This document shows, in pieces, positions 63,576 to 64,000 of a stretch of 64,000 nt of DNA (positions within the stretch are counted from its first letter, which is position 1; every line of letters begins with the position of its first letter). The stretch is taken from assembly GCA_964434945.1 (NCBI GenBank), contig CAYSWZ010000073.1:13938-77937 (forward strand), written 5' to 3'. Made by a program: the position numbers and the translations under genes. The notes beneath the pieces were generated by a model. That model did no database searches. It was not told the origin of the DNA and worked only from the letters and a program-made list of their open reading frames with translations. This DNA is from an uncultured bacterium. GTDB taxonomy: Bacteria > Eisenbacteria > RBG-16-71-46.

Positions 63576-64000
63576 TCACCTCGGGGTTGGGATTTGCGCG
63601 CGGGAACGCCCATGGCGCTCCCGCTCGGGCGCGGGCGCGCCGGACGAATCCGGCGAGGCGGGCGCGTGACAGCTCTCGCACCGGCTGGGGGTCGGCCGGT
63701 AGGTCACCAGCGTCGCTCCGCCCGCGGAGCGCGTCTCTCGGTGGCAGCCGGCGCACGGCGTGTGCACGTGCGCGCCCTGGAGCCGGAACGCCGAGTCGCG
63801 ATCGTGATCGAACCTGCTCGCGGGCACGAACGAGCGGAAGTCGTGGCAGCTCTCGCACGCGCCCTTGTCCTTCCGCACCGCGAACTGGCCGCGGTGGACG
63901 TCCTCGTGGCAGTCCCTGCACGCGCGCGACTTGCTGTCGAAGCGGAGCGATCGGAGGTCCGTCGCGCCCTTGAGCGTGGACCCGCCCGGGGGCTTCTCCA
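63576..64000 (-). CDS. multiheme c-type cytochrome (5' end outside window)
   Basis: Frame is open to the window edge. Visible part has 4 CXXCH (CRDCH, CESCH, CAGCH, CESCH), including the paired pattern CRDCHEDVHRGQF. The stop lies 4 nt before the next cytochrome gene. Confidence 0.7.
   Translation of the reverse strand, partial: EKPPGGSTLKGATDLRSLRFDSKSRACRDCHEDVHRGQFAVRKDKGACESCHDFRSFVPASRFDHDRDSAFRLQGAHVHTPCAGCHRETRSAGGATLVTYRPTPSRCESCHAPASPDSSGAPAPERERHGRSRAQIPTPR

Noticed and set aside
1-64000. Search for mobile elements, prophage genes, integrases, toxin-antitoxin pairs, cas genes, and rRNA or tRNA genes.
   Set aside because: No ORF with transposase, integrase, recombinase or phage-structural signatures was seen, and no tRNA cloverleaf or rRNA-like conserved stretch. 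The window looks like core chromosome apart from the small repeat family.

Overview
High-GC (~70%) bacterial chromosomal window, densely coding. I support 54 protein-coding genes and found no rRNA, tRNA, CRISPR array, transposase or integrase. Most long ORFs in the six-frame track are Arg/Ala/Pro/Gly-rich shadow frames of the real genes and were discarded. Many neighbouring genes overlap by 1-4 nt (ATGA/GTGA), which suggests operons.

Functional blocks, in order:
- nth and a 67K-type sppA.
- An SbcD/YhaO-like nuclease with a membrane-anchored Rad50/YhaN-like ATPase.
- An EamA transporter and a PSMA-like M28 peptidase.
- An ECF sigma/anti-sigma pair.
- YyaL plus DsbD.
- A 14-blade beta-propeller protein built from 141-bp tandem coding repeats, with a T9SS/FlgD-like C-terminal tail.
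- A copper nitrite-reductase island: Crp/Fnr regulator, hemerythrin, NirK fused to cytochrome c, NirV and SCO.
- Several outer-membrane barrels, including a tandem paralog pair.
- A retropepsin-like protease with PDZ domain, and a 749-aa orphan lipoprotein.
- A GNAT/thioesterase/Tat-peptide/amidase operon.
- GT2 plus a WecA-like glycosyltransferase.
- Mut7-C and an Acg-type nitroreductase.
- pmbA-tldD.
- A TetR/TolC/EmrA/EmrB efflux set.
- An HMA protein plus an SPC-motif P1B ATPase.
- A multiheme-cytochrome plus outer-membrane barrel module at the right edge.

Most unusual observations:
1. A three-copy ~150-nt composite palindromic element. A conserved 86-88-nt core is flanked by copy-specific perfect inverted arms. 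Each copy sits between convergent genes.
2. Three ATGAC-N4-GTCAT palindromes in intergenic DNA around the nir island.
3. A porin-cytochrome-like gene trio.

All functional calls come from reading motifs by eye. No database search was run.
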